Shown one piece after another: positions 12,360 through 25,389 of a DNA stretch of 64,000 nucleotides. Below the pieces are notes generated by a model. That model ran no database searches. It was not told the origin of the DNA and saw only the letters and a list, made by a program, of their open reading frames with translations. Every line of letters starts with the position of its first letter. Within the stretch, counting starts at the first letter, position 1. The position numbers and the translations under genes were made by a program. Origin of the DNA: Malacoraja senta (taxonomy: Eukaryota); contig CM075977.1 of NCBI GenBank assembly GCA_038087875.1, positions 115,816,001 to 115,880,000 on the forward strand, in the 5' to 3' direction.

Positions 12360-12829
12360 TTACTCCTGCATTTTGTGTCTATCTCCAATCGTCTTGGCCC
12401 TGCTCTGGGAGTAGGAGTGGGGGCGGAACCGGATCCGCAACGGCCGTGAGCCCCAGGCCGAGCTCAGTGACCGTTTGCCTGCTTCTGCTGCTGTTGGAGG
12501 TGAGACGTTGCGCCGCGCCAGGGTCTTGGGCCTGTCCCACTTTGGCCGTCAGTTATGCGACAGGCCGGTGGTGCACGAAGATTTTGTTCAGGTCGAAGTC
12601 CACACTCCTCCGTGCCACTCCACACTCCTCCACACCACTCCATGCGCCCGTCCCGCGCTACCCACACGCTACCCACACGCTAGCAGGTCGCGTAAATGGT
12701 GCGCGAATGACAGCCAAGTGGGACAGGCCCTTAAAGGAGTAAAACGAGTGATCATTTGGGGTGGAACAGTTTTAACATACACTTGTCAATTTGCTTCTTG
12801 CTTCATTATTAAACAAATCTTGTCCCTTT

Positions 12830-13323
12830 AAGGTATTCTATTATGCTACCGCTGGAGCGCCGCGCATATGCCGTGGGAGCGCCGCTCGGATGCGTCCCAC
12901 GAGCATGCGGTAAGTTAAACCTTACCGGAAGATGTTGCCGCGCGTATGCCGGGTGGTCACCGCACGGCCTGTCCCACGGGTCGACTGGAATGGACGTCGT
13001 GCGGCGTCGGGTGATGACGTCATCGCGCAACGCAACGTGCTACGCGATGACGTCGAGACGGCTCGCAGCGCACTGGCGGTGCTCCCCGCGCACTGGCGGT
13101 GCTCTGGCGGTGCTAGCATCGCACTGGCGGCGGCTGTGCGGTAGGCCAACATTTTTGAACAGTGTAGGTTTTTGTGAGCGCGCGGTGTTGGGACCAACTG
13201 CATACGGTCCCGGCGGTGTGCGTGGGACTGACCCCGCGGGCCATGCTCGGTCTCTGGCGGTCCACAAGCGGTCCCAACTTCCTGCTTAAGCGCCAGTAAC
13301 CGCCTGCCCATGGGACAGGCCTT
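12830..13323. mobile_element. PIF/Harbinger-like MITE (left TIR degraded)
   Basis: Right end TGGGACAGGCCT; CpG-rich; shares GGCTGTGCGGTAGG..ATTTTTGAACAGTGT with 45321-45960. Confidence 0.7.
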
Positions 13324-13997
13324 TCATTTTGGATACATTTCCTGTATATTAAACAGATACATTGACAAATCTAATATCAGCCAGAATATTGTTAATAAGA
13401 TTTGGGATTCCCAGGTGAATGAGGAAATATCATCTTTTTACACTGAGCTTTCCTTTAGAATCCCCATTCCTTCCATGGCAGAGCTGGATCTTGCGGTGGT
13501 TCTCCAGTATTTATGCTTGGGAATCTTCTTGGATCCTATATCTGGATGGCCCAGGATCTGCTACTCCATTGGTTTCAACTAATTGTAGAGCTGTAGGAAG
13601 AATTATAAGGAGGTTAAGTTTTATATGCTTTGGTTAATGTTTTAATAAACTAACTGTATAGTTAAATGATATAGTTGACTTTTAAACTAATAAAAATGAA
13701 ATATGAATATAAAACAAAATGAATAGTTTTCAAATATTTCTGAATGTCATAAATATTTAAAAATCCTGGTAGTTTTAAAGACTATCAAGTGGGAGGCAAC
13801 TGGGAGCAGAGCTTTTCTGGTTGTCAAAGACTTTCAAAGGAGTTTCTTCAATGAGATTTGTTCTGGGTTGTGGTGGCCAAGATACCAAGAACAATTGATA
13901 GGCATATACCAGTAACATCCAGGCCATCATTGTGGACTGAATTATCTGGAAATAACTTCAATCGTCATTAATATGTGTTTAACCTATACTGTAAAAT

Positions 13998-14473
13998 AAC
14001 AGCAAAGGAGAAACACTAATAATCAGGTATATTTGGGACATTGGTGGTTGCAAAATAGCTAATTTTCTGGATTATTGGTTGTTATTTCTATTAGTACTTC
14101 AATGCATCTTTTGTTCATATTTTGATTAAATGTTGCACAGTATAATAACAAATTGTCCTGCGATCCAAAGTGAAAGAGATTGTAGAAACTGGTGCCTGGT
14201 GGGTGGAAAGGGAATGCCAGAACTGGGGTCCCAGTGAGTGGAAAGAGAGCACAGGAACTGGGGCTGCAGTGTGTTTAAATGGAACAAGGAAACTGGGACA
14301 CTGGTAATGTGGAAAGACAGCAAGGGAAGTGAGGCCCTGATGTGTGGAAAAGGACAGCATCAACTGGCAGCCAGGTGAGTGGAATGGGACAGCAAACATT
14401 ACCTTGTGAACCAGTTGCTGAACCATCAAGATTTCAGAATAGTCAAATAGTGGATTATTGGAGCTTTACTGTA
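13998..14473. mobile_element. Old Tigger/pogo-like MITE remnant with internal degenerate repeats
   Basis: TACAGCAAAG...TAATAATC vs GGATTATTGGAGCTTTACTGTA ends; AACTGG..GTGGAAAGG repeats at 14185-14395. Confidence 0.4.
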
Positions 14474-17400
14474 TTGCAAATGATCAGTTAATACTCTGGG
14501 TGCATACAATAGCTGTGTACAAATTAAAGTTAATTTGACAATTATTTTAGACTTCTTTTCTTTCAGCTGCAACCATTGAAACATGTTGAACAGGTATTGG
14601 CAGCTCACTGAGGTGACCATTGATTATCTTGAAGACACACATTTTCTCAGGCTATTTGACATTGAGGAAATCACATGTTTTGCTTAATGTTCATACACAT
14701 TTTTTTCATGATTGAAGAACAATCATTAGTTTAACCTTTGGCTGATTTTCCTTCGTCCCTGATAAAAGTGCAGAGGCCAGATATTGTGCGAGCTGAGATT
14801 AATTAACTTAATGCAGGAAGACTCTTCATCCTGCCGCCTTCATGGTATGTGTTGTTCAGAACCACAGTAATTAGTAATACTTCAAACAATCTGGTTTTTA
14901 TTATAAAATCTGGGTTTATTATAAATCCTTCTTTTTGTTATACAGAGCCTCATGATTATGGAGTAAACAACTTAAACTGTGACCTTAATTTATTTCGGCT
15001 CTAAACCAAAATTATGTACAACATCTGGTCATTATTGGCCCATACCAGGAAATAACTAAGAATGTTGTGTTATTGTAAAAAATAATGTCCTATGGTAATT
15101 TCCCACATATGACTTGTGCACTCAGGATGAACCAATGTTGCCCACATCTTGAGAAAACTGCTTCCAGTGTCTGGCGTTAGTACTCTACAGCTGACTCATG
15201 CAGGAATAGTTTATATTAACTAACTTCATGCATTGCTACTTTCTCTGTAGAAAAGCAACTTCACTTGACAGCTTTGCTAAAATTAAGATCTCACTGTGAC
15301 AGGTATTAACTGTTAGCCCACCACATCAAAGTGCTTAAATTCTTATCTTTAGCTAAGTAAAAGAATTACATTCATTTTTGCAGTGTAAGCAGATTGCATT
15401 GTTAGCTTATTGCAGTATTAAGCGTAATCACCATGAGCGGCTATTAGCACGTGTGCAATATTTGATTTTATTTTGATCAAATGATTAGCATGATTAGTGT
15501 TTCTGCTTTCACTTCTTATTTTATAAGACTTTTCCTAAAATTGCTGTTTAATCTACTGTAGAACTTTAACCAAATTGACTGTTGGAACTCCATATCCATC
15601 TCCAAATCCTTCGCCCTTCTTACTGTTTCTCCCACCTTACGCCTGCGCCCCACACTCAGTGCTGAGTGACTGAAAAACCGATGAACATATACGTCAGTTA
15701 TGAATATGTAGCAACATTGGGCTTCCAATACACGACAGAAATATTCTTAAATGACAAATTGAATGATTTCCAGGAACATACAACACAGTTTTAATAACCA
15801 TTGGTATGAAATACGGTTTGTGTCACAATGACATATGAATTATATAGGCAGATAGGTACTGAGTGAATGAACAAGAATTTGCCGATAAATTATTGTAGAT
15901 ATTTAGAATTGGACTTTCCATTAAAATTATCCTCATGTGTTTCTGTTATGCAGAGATGATAGAAAGTACTAGCTACATTTCAGAACAGAGCATTAAAACT
16001 ACTCGGATTTGCTTGCGAGGTTGGTGAATGCGAGACATGCTGACAAAAGAGCACTTACCCATGGCAGAACACTTTGTATCAAGATAATTTTCTTCTTGGC
16101 CTGTCATGACCTTTCTGACCGTTTTCTTATACAAAAGGCAGTGGACTGAAAGCTGCCATTTCAGACTGTGCAATAGACTGCAACTTAGTCTTTTTACTGT
16201 TTTGGTGGGTGGGGTGGGTATAACGATATAACGACAGGAATTCTGAAAACCATCTTGCAAGATTGTAAAAAGTTGCAAAGGGCCCTGGGGAGAATGTTGG
16301 ATCATGTTGTAAATAATATTGCTAGTCAATCATATCCAAAAAGCAGCCAAATAATCTTTTTTTTCCTGAGATTCAGTTATATGATTAATTCTGTACCTAA
16401 GTGTAATTGTTCGTTAGTTATCTAATTTAATTTATAGAGTAAATCTAGCACTAATTACATCTTAAACCTAGTTTCCAAAAGATTCTTTACCTCCTGATAC
16501 TAGGTAATCTTTTGTAGCTATCACAAAAAAGCACATTTGTTGCTTTATAATATATGGGAAACTTGCCTGAATATGTTAAAGTTGAACTGGGTGAATGTTT
16601 GACGTCACAAAATGTCACTTCACTCTCAGTTTATTTTGACAACATTAAAATATACTGTTATTTTAGATTTAGAACCCTGTGTACAAGCCTGGGTTACAAA
16701 CAAAAATGCTATTACTAAGAATATTTAATTCTTAAAATTATTTTCTCGTGTAACACATTGCATTCTAAACCTCACGAATATACTTCCCTTTCAGATTGAT
16801 TCAGCATTGGAAATGTTTCTCTGATTGGCGTTGCAGTGAGACATTTGCAAGTTGCTTTAATATTGCAAAGCTGTAAATTTTATTTTTGCTTTCAGTGTTT
16901 TTTAGTCATTCAACTGGACTTCAACCTCCAAAAGGGTGCAGAGTATGTAGTTGTGTTTGTTGCCACTGCATTTAGATTTTTTTTTTTACAAACCAACTTA
17001 ATTTGATTATGCATAAACATTTCAGAACACCAACTGTAAGATTAAAAGTGGACCAATTGATCAAGGTAGTCCATATCACTGTCATCACATTTCTTCTAAA
17101 ACTTCCAACATTCTATAATGAAGCCTGTTATTTGATGATTGCACCAATAGAGTTGAAGGTGTTCTGGGAGAGTAAAGAAGGTGAAAACCTAAATCGTATC
17201 TAATTTATTTCCCATCAACTTCAATTCCCGATTTGAAAAAAAATCAAAACTAGATTTTGAATCAAACCATTTGAAAATGCTTTAATTTTGTTTTACATAC
17301 GGGTAACATTAAAAATTCATAATTATGACACGTTTTATCATGCTTAATTAGATGTGCACCATTCTCAACGTTTCTGTCTATTCAGATTGGGTGTAAAATA

Positions 17401-17749
17401 AAATAAATAGGATAGTGATAAATATTGTCAAATAAGAGGTCAAACAACAATCTGGTTGGTTTGCCTGGATATATATATATACCTACATATTTCCCTGGTA
17501 TTTGATGGTTGTTCCAACTAATACCATCAGAATCAGATGATCTACTTACTCATTCACAGAATATGGGTCTTTTTGAATGTCATTTACTCAAAATAATATT
17601 TATTTTCTTGGATGTAACATATTGACAGGAATGTCATCAGTGTCAACTGGAAGAAGTAAAACCCTGTTGGCATATTGTTTTTTACAATAATGTGATATAT
17701 AGGTAAAAATTATACTCTAACAGAAAGAATACTTTGATCAAAGTGTGAT

Positions 17750-19580
17750 AATTTATGAAGGGGAATAAGGAAATGGCAGTGCAATTAAGCAATGAGTCTG
17801 TAGAAGGCAAAAGAAACCTAGAAAAAAACAGAGAACCAAGGGTCTGACGAGAATGAGGAACTGAAGAAAAATAAATATGAATATAGAAATAATTTTAGAG
17901 AAATCACGGAGATTAAAAGATGGTAAATCCAAAGGAGTCAATGATCTATATCAACATTTTGAAAGGGATGGTTATAGAGATAGTAAAAAATCTTTTTATA
18001 ACCTTGTAAATTTCTTTGGGTTCTGGATTTGTATCTGTAGTTTGTAATGTGGCTAAAGTGACAGCTTTATGTAAGATGGGAGACAGTGAGAAAACGGGAA
18101 TCTATCCACCTGTTAGCGCAACGTAATTGGTCGAAAATTTTGTAATCTAAAAAAAGAATATTGGGTAGACACAAGGAACTGCAGATGCTGGTCGACAAAA
18201 AAAAAGACCCAAAGGACTCGAGTAACTGGAGAATAGGTACGAACAAAGTCAGCATGGATTAATATAAAGAAATCCTGTTTTCTTGATGTACTGGAGTTCT
18301 TTGAGGATGTGACCAGTAAAGCAGAAAAGGAGAAACTATGAATGCGGTATTTTTGAACTTTCATAAGACTTTTAATGAGGCCTATCATAGGAGGCCAACA
18401 AATATAGAATCAGGTGTACTATACTGACATGGTTATCAGAAAGAAAGCAGTGTGGGAATAACCGGGTCCTTCTCAGGGTAGTAGTCTGAGACTAATGGAG
18501 TACTCTAGGGACTAGTGCTTGCCCCAGATATTATCAATTAGGATGACATATCTATAGGTCATGGTTTTGTATTTGCTGACACAAAACTAAGTGAATTAGT
18601 GAAGACACAACCAACTGCAGATGCTGGAAACTGGAGCGAAAAACCAACAGCAAGAGGAATTCAGCGGACAAGGCAGCATCTGTGGAGCAAAACGGACAGT
18701 GATATTTCGAGTCCAGATCTTTTGACCTGAAACGTCAACCATCTATTTCCTTCCATAGTTACAGCCTGGTTCTCTGAGCTCCTCCAGCTGTATGTGTTTT
18801 GCAAGTGAATTTGTGATATGAGAGGAGAATAGAAAGGGGCTTCAAAATAAAGTTGACAAGCTTGAGTGAGTGAGCAATATTATGGCAGATAAACTATAAT
18901 GAGATGTTATCCATTTTGCTGCTCAAGATGGAAAAGTGGAGATTAGTTTAATTACAGAGAGATTGATAATTTAGATACTCAAAATAAGCTAAGTATCCTT
19001 GTGCACAGTGACAGCCAACATTCAGCTGCAACAAGTGATTAGGAAGGCACATGTTTAAGAAAGAACTGCAGATACTGGAAAAATCGAAGGTAGACAAAGA
19101 TGCAGGAGAAACTCAGCGGGTGAGGCAGCATCTATGGAGCAAAGGAATAGGTGACGTTTCTTATTACTGAATTGTTGACTAATCTCCTGTGGGGGGGGGG
19201 GGGCTCTTAGAGGTATCTTTTTCCACAGTTTAGAAGAATGGGAGATCTTTTGAAAAATTAAAACATTTTATAGGACTTAATAGCCTAGATGCAGGGCGGA
19301 TATTTTCCCGACTGCAGTGTTTAGAATCGGACGACTCAGAATAAAGCATAGTCCATTTAATGTTAAGTTGGAGAAATTTATTTATGCAGATGTTGGTGAA
19401 GTTTTGAATTCTCAATCCTGGAGGAGCTGAGAGGGCTCATGAATTGAGTTAATTTTAGAGAAAGATTGATAGATTTCTGGATATTAAGGAATATGGGAAT
19501 AGTACAGGACATTGCATTGGTGGAATATCAGCCATGATTTTGATGCATGAATGACCGCTCAAAAGGCAAAATGGCTCACT
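17750..19580 (+). mobile_element. Highly decayed CR1 ORF2 with Penelope-type palindromes inserted (~18167-18230, 18603-18800, 19055-19160)
   Basis: Remnants of QHGF..KSC..LEFFEDVT and YKIL.GL..D motifs; ACTGCAGATGCTGG arms. Confidence 0.7.
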
Positions 19581-19835
19581 CCTCCCCTTGTTTTTTTATT
19601 TTCTTTAAAAAATTCCAAATTTTAACACCACATATACTATATATTTCACCAAAGTTATGACAGCGTAAAAGATTCATAGCCCATCAATATGAAATGAAAA
19701 AATCTGTTAATAGTTTTATTGTTAATATGTTGTATTATTAATAGTTAAAATTCTTAATATTGTTAATAGTTTTATTGTTTGTAAGCAAAATTCTATAAAA
19801 TGTAATTTTTTTTCCTTTGTATCATTTTAAAACAG

Positions 19836-20054
19836 GAAGGATATGGAGTAATAGTTCTAAATACCAATGAAAACTACATAGAAGTGGAGCAGTCACAAAA
19901 GCATATGCAGTCACCTACAAATGACATAGATGAGCCAGCGGAAAAGAAAGAGAAGAAGGATGACAGTCAGAAGGAGTCAAAGAAACAGCGAGATATTTAT
20001 GAAAAATATCGAAATCCTCAAAAGGAAAAAGAGACAAAGCACATCCCTATCAGG
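19836..20054 (+). CDS. FAM172A: Internal coding exon of FAM172A / ARB2A (Arb2-domain cotranscriptional regulator)
   Basis: Polypyrimidine tract + AACAG acceptor and GTTAGT donor; 219 bp, phase 0/0; [19 protein letters not shown]...[11 protein letters not shown]...[19 protein letters not shown] matches the recalled 73-aa human segment [19 protein letters not shown]...[20 protein letters not shown]. Confidence 0.93.
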
Positions 20055-20867
20055 GTTAGTATTTGTTAGTTTTTATTAATAATAGTTTTTAATCAATTTG
20101 TTTATGCTTACTAGTTAATTAATATTTATAATAGAATAAACAAGAACAATACATCACTGACATTTTATCAATCTCCTTTAGTTCTAATTTTGAAATAAAC
20201 TTCTCAAAAAATGTTCAAACATTTTAGAAGAAATTAAGTTTAAATTTAATTAGGTTCGGAAGTGGTGTAACAAAGTGATAATCTGAATTGTACACTGAAT
20301 TTGCTGGATTAGACTTTCATGTCATGCATAAAAATAAACATTAGTTGTATTATAAATTTCTGCAATTGAAAACTAATTTTTAGCTAAGAAATGTCATCAT
20401 GTAATCCACTTTTAATGGCATGGTTTTACTAAGTCCAAGGAAACTAATATGCAGCAATTCTAAAAGATGTATGATAGCGAAGCTGAAGCACAACAAAGAG
20501 AAAATTATTAATATCTTGATAAATATTTATGGTTGAATAGTAGTGGTGAGTTATAATGAGCAAGTGTTTTCCTTGCTCTACCCCATCACTTATTCAGTGC
20601 ACCCTTACATTTTGTAATGCTAGCAGCATGAGATCGTTATAACAGTCCTGTCCATAGTTCCCCGTTTCTGTAGGGGGCAGAGACAATATTATTCAGGCTT
20701 TGACATTAGCGGGTGCCTTGCATCTATACTATGCATTATACATTGCTTCTAGGTTGATGTAATAGCAAAAGGTGGTTAATAGAACAGAGTTCACATTGCA
20801 TTTGGGAAATGTTCTACAAAATCTTAAAATCCTAAAAGTTCATTAAAAATGTCGTATTAAGCCAATG

Positions 20868-21015
20868 GAATCATAGAGCTGTACAGCATTCAAACAGGCT
20901 CTTCGGCCCACCTTGTCCACACGCAAGTTCGCATATTGGGGTAGTACCATTTGCCTGCATTTGGCTCATAGCCCCGTAAACCCTTCCTTTCCATATAAAT
21001 CCAAATGTCTTTTAT
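20868..21015 (-). mobile_element. Old CR1-family 3' end
   Basis: GAATCATAGAG..CAGCA..AAACAGGC.CTTCGGCCCA motif; mirror of 32130-32250. Confidence 0.7.
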
Positions 21016-21890
21016 AGTTGCTACAAAATCAAGTTATTTTAAAGCAAGTTCAAAGCATCAATCAGTGACTTCATATATTTAGATGACCTCAGGAATCAAG
21101 ATTGTCTAGATTTGAAAGCTGACATTCAAAATGGAAGGTTCCGCTAGATTTGTGGAATTCTTAAGAGTTCTGGAAATGAAAGCAAATATATTTTTGCAAG
21201 GCAAAGTCCCCATGGACATGCAAAAGGTAATTGCATTATTGAAGTTTTATGTATGAGACAAGTAGTTTATAAATCAATGTAATGGCAATAATTTTATTCA
21301 CTGCCATACAGTGCCTTTGTGCTGTTACTTGGCCGGATGGATGCACCAGAAAAAATTATGGTTAATTCTAAGTGTACAGTGACTCAAAGGTATCAATCAG
21401 TAACTGCTAAGTGTGCAGCATATAGTGGTCCTATGTGGGGAAGCATTTACCAGGGGCTATCAAAAGATAGGGAGCGGATACATGCCAACCTTCTTTGTTG
21501 AAGAAAGTGATGAGTATGTTCATATCAGATACTACGCTAAACACATAATCTCTCAGGATATTGTACTTCGAGAATTTACATTAGTTACATCTCTTGTTCT
21601 TCTGTGTGGATGTTGAAGGTGGTAAAAGGCTAAACTGCACAATTTTATTCTATATTTAATGTTAACTTTCAAACAGGAAGTATTTCACAAACCTATCCCT
21701 AACGGCATCAAATGTGCCAGGCAGGAAGTTGTTTTCTACCATGTTACATTTTGAGACTGATATTTTATCATACATTATTATCACATGTGACCGGTCACAG
21801 TGAAAGTCATTGTTTTGCATACTATGCACAAAGTATGCAAAGAGTAGGCACGTATAGGGTGCTGAATCAAAGTGTTCAATGTAGTCCCAA

Positions 21891-22000
21891 TGGTCCCTCT
21901 TTGTTTTCTCAGCGGCCCCACTAAACTGGGTCCCTCTTTGTTCTCTTGATGCCCACCCCACCTCCTCACGCCTGGTCCCTCTTTGTTCTCGGCGGCTCCC
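21891..22000. repeat. Short tandem repeat (GGTCCCTCTTTGTTCTC... x3)
   Basis: Three spaced copies are visible. Confidence 0.75.
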
Positions 22001-23170
22001 CCACGCCGGTTCCCAAGCTATGGTACTTTTTCATATAAAGTGTTGGAATTATGGATGTTTTGTTTAGGAAAGTTCACGACTGATTATGTTGCAAAAAGAA
22101 AATTCCTCAAGTTATTTGCCTTGGATGACTGAAACTCATTTCTGTATGTAGTCTTTGAACATCAAATAATGGGAAAGACCAGACTAGAGAAACAGGATAT
22201 TTATTTTTTGTCCATTTATATTAGAATCATAGAAACATAGAAAATAGGTGCAGAAGTAGGCCATTCAGCCCTTTGAGCCAGCACCGCCTTTCAATATGAT
22301 CATGGCTGATCATCCAAAATCAGTACCCCGTTCTTGCTTTTTCCCTAGCCCTAAGAGCTAAATCTAACTCTCTCTTGAAAACATCCAGTGAATTGGCCTC
22401 CACTGCCTTCAGTGGCAGAGAATTCACAACTCTCTGGGTGAAGAGGTTTTTCGTCATCTCAGTCCTAAATGGCCTACCCCTTATTCTTAAACTGTGACCT
22501 GGTTCTGGACTCCCCCAAAATGGGAACCATTTTTCCTGCATCTAGCCTGTCCTATCCTTTAAGAATTTTATATGTTTCTATAAGATTCCCTCTCATCCTT
22601 CTAAATTCCAGTGAACACAAGCCCAGTCGACCTATTCTTTCCTCATATGTCAGTCCCTCCATCCCGGGAATTAACCTGGTGAACCTACGCTGCACTTCCT
22701 CAATAGCAAGAATGTTCTTCCTCAAATTAGGAGACCAAAACTGCACACAATACTCTGGGTGTGGTCTCATCAGGGCCCTGTACAACTGCAGTAGGACCTC
22801 CTTGCTCCTAAACTCAAATCCTCTCGCAATGAAGGCCAACATGCCATTAGCTTTCTTCACTGCCTGCTGTACCTGCATGCTTACTTTCAGTGACTGATGT
22901 ACAAGGACACCCAGGTCTTGTTGAACCTCCCCTTTTCCGAATCTGACACCATTCAGATAATAATCTGCCTTCCTGTTCTTGCCACCAAAGTGGATAACCT
23001 CACATTTATCCACATTATACTGCATCTGCCCACTCACCTAACCTATCCAAGTCACCCTGCAGCCTCATAGCATCCTCCTCGCAGCTCACTCTGCCACCCA
23101 GCTTTGTGTCATCCGCAAATTTGGAGATGTTACATTTCATTCCCTCGTCTAAATTGTTAATATATATATA

Positions 23171-24148
23171 CCGTATTTCCCGGCAATGAAGACGCACCTG
23201 CGTCGAAGACGGACACCCATATTGAGTTGGTAAATTTTGAAAAAAGGCTGGCGGGACCGGATCAAGGGTTTGGTTTAGTCAGTAGAAAGGAAGATGTGAA
23301 ACTCCTTCAAGGAGGCAATCAGGACCGGGGAGCCTCCATCTTCGCCTGTCCCACAATGCGTTCTGCAGTTCAGGTCTGAGGGACGGGGACTTCCTGGCTC
23401 AGGGAGATCACATAACCGAGAGAGAGAGAGAGACGGAGCAGCCAGCCAGTAGATACCCACCAACCACCACCTCCACCAGTTCCGCCTGTGCCGAAGGATA
23501 TCATGGCTGGCTGGTGGGCGGGCCGGCAGAAGGCGCTGAGGTGACGGCCGGTTCTGCTGTCCGGTCCCGGCAGCCGCTCGCAACCACCCAGGTCGGCTGC
23601 ATGCCCTGCAAATGGCTGCAGTTCCCAGGTCGGCTCGATTGCCCCAGGTCTGGCAGTTGCTCCCAGGTCGGCTCGCTTGCCGCAGGTCTGGCTGTGACAC
23701 CCAGGTCGGCTGCGTGCCTCGCGAATGGCTGCACTTCCCAGGTCGGCTCGCTTGCTCCACGTCTGGCTGTTGAGCCCAGGTCGGCTCGCTTGCCCCACAT
23801 CTGGCTGTTGCGCCCAGGTCGGCTCGCTTGCCCCAGGTCTGGCTGCAGTTCCCAGGTCGCCTGCATGCCCCGGGACTGGCTGCAGTTCCCAGATCGCGAA
23901 AACTAATTGAAAAAAAATACGTCTGCGGGCCGGATGAGTTCGGGTTACGGGCCGAATCCGGGCCGTAGGTGGCCGATCCCTGTGTTAGGCCTCATTGTGT
24001 CCCCCCCCTCCCCCCTTGTTTTAAAAGCGATTTGGCCCAAGTCTATCTTTCTTGGCTAACAAGCTAACCTTCGGCCTCCAAGACGCAGGTAAATTTTAGG
24101 GACTTATTTTAGGGTAAAAAATAGCGTCTTCATTTCTGGGAAATATGG
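23171..24148. mobile_element. Tc1/mariner-pogo-type non-autonomous element
   Basis: TIR CCGTATTTCCCGGCAATGAAGACGC / GCGTCTTCATTTCTGGGAAATATGG; TA flanks; inserted in CR1. Confidence 0.85.
23588..23895. repeat. 38-bp minisatellite (two ~19-bp subunits), ~8 copies
   Basis: Unit CCAGGTCGGCTCGCTTGCCCCAGGTCTGGCTGCAGTTC. Confidence 0.9.
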
Positions 24149-24521
24149 TATTGTAAATAACTGGAAGTCCCAGCACTGAGCCTTGCGGCACCCCATTAGT
24201 CACTGCCTGGCATTCTGAAATGGACCCGTTAATTCCTACTCTTGCTTCCTGTCTGCCAATCAGTTATCTATCCATGTCAATTCCCTACCCCCAATACTAT
24301 GTGCTCTAATTTTGCACTCTAATTTCTTGTGTGGGACCTTGACTAAGGCTTTTTGAAAGTCCAGATACACCACATCCACTGGTTCTCCCTTATCCATTCT
24401 ACTTGTTACATCCTAAAAAAATTCCAGAAGATTAGTCAAGCATGATTTACCCTTCATAAATCCATGCTGACTTTGACCGATCCTGTCACTGCTAATCAAA
24501 TGTGCTGCTAATACATATTTA

Positions 24522-25389
24522 TGCACACCAGTAGGCGGCGCAACCGACGTTACAGCGGCCTCTGCAGTCCGCCTGTCTTTTTTTTTCTTTTTGTCCCGTT
24601 GAATGTATAGTTTGTTGTGGTTTTATATTGTTTTTAGCTGTGTATATGTGGGGGGGTGGGGGAAACTTTTAATCTCTTCCCTGTCGGGTTCTTTTCCTTG
24701 TCGGGTCTCCGTTGTCGTTGGGGCCTAGCACCATGGAGCAGCCTCCAACCGGAACGACCTGGGGGCTCCAGTCGCAGAGCCTGCGGACTTACCATCTGGC
24801 CGGCATCGGAGTGTGGAGAGCTGTGGTGACGCGCGGCTGCGACCCGACTCCGGAGCTCAGAGGCTCCAGCCGCAGGTCCGGGGGACGGTGACATCGGGAG
24901 CTCGCGGGTCCATGGTGGGAAACCGCTTTTCAGAGCTCCCACAATGGCAACTTCTTCCGCCCGAGTTGCGGGGTTGAAAATGACCCGGAGCGGGGCCTTA
25001 CATCACCCGGCACGGCTTTAACGGCCGCGGAAATTGCCATCGCCCGCCAGGGGCTCCAATATTAAGACCCGGAGCGGGGCCTTACATCGCCCAGCGCGGG
25101 ACTTGCCATCGCCCGCCGGGGGCTCCAACATTAAGTCCCGGAGTGGGGCCTTACATCGCCCAGCGCGGCCTTAACGGCCGCGGGACTTGCCATCGCCTGC
25201 CGGGGGCTCTAACATCGGGAGAAGAATGGAACACAAGTGAGAGATAGGACTTTGCCTTCCATCACAGTGAGGAGGAGATTCACTGTGATGGATGTTTGTG
25301 TAAATTGTGTTGGTTGTGTGTCTTGGTTCTTTTCTTGTTGTATGACTGCAGAAACCAATTCAAATGACAATAAATAATTGTATTGTATT
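24522..25389 (+). mobile_element. Non-coding GC-rich retroposon (SINE-like / non-autonomous LINE derivative) inserted in CR1
   Basis: CR1 sequence is interrupted on both sides; ends with AATAAA and an (ATTGT)n tail; three internal GACCCGGAGCGGGGCCTTACATC repeats (24982-25215). Confidence 0.7.

Larger units (their letters stand above)
11408..12731. mobile_element. PIF/Harbinger-like non-autonomous element (outer)
   Basis: TIR AGGGCCTGTCCCACTT / AAGTGGGACAGGCCCT; TAA target-site duplication (11405-11407, 12732-12734). Confidence 0.88.

Noticed and set aside
19884-20069. 61-aa ORF as a stand-alone gene
   Set aside because: It is part of a spliced FAM172A exon (19836-20054); the predicted start and stop are not biological.
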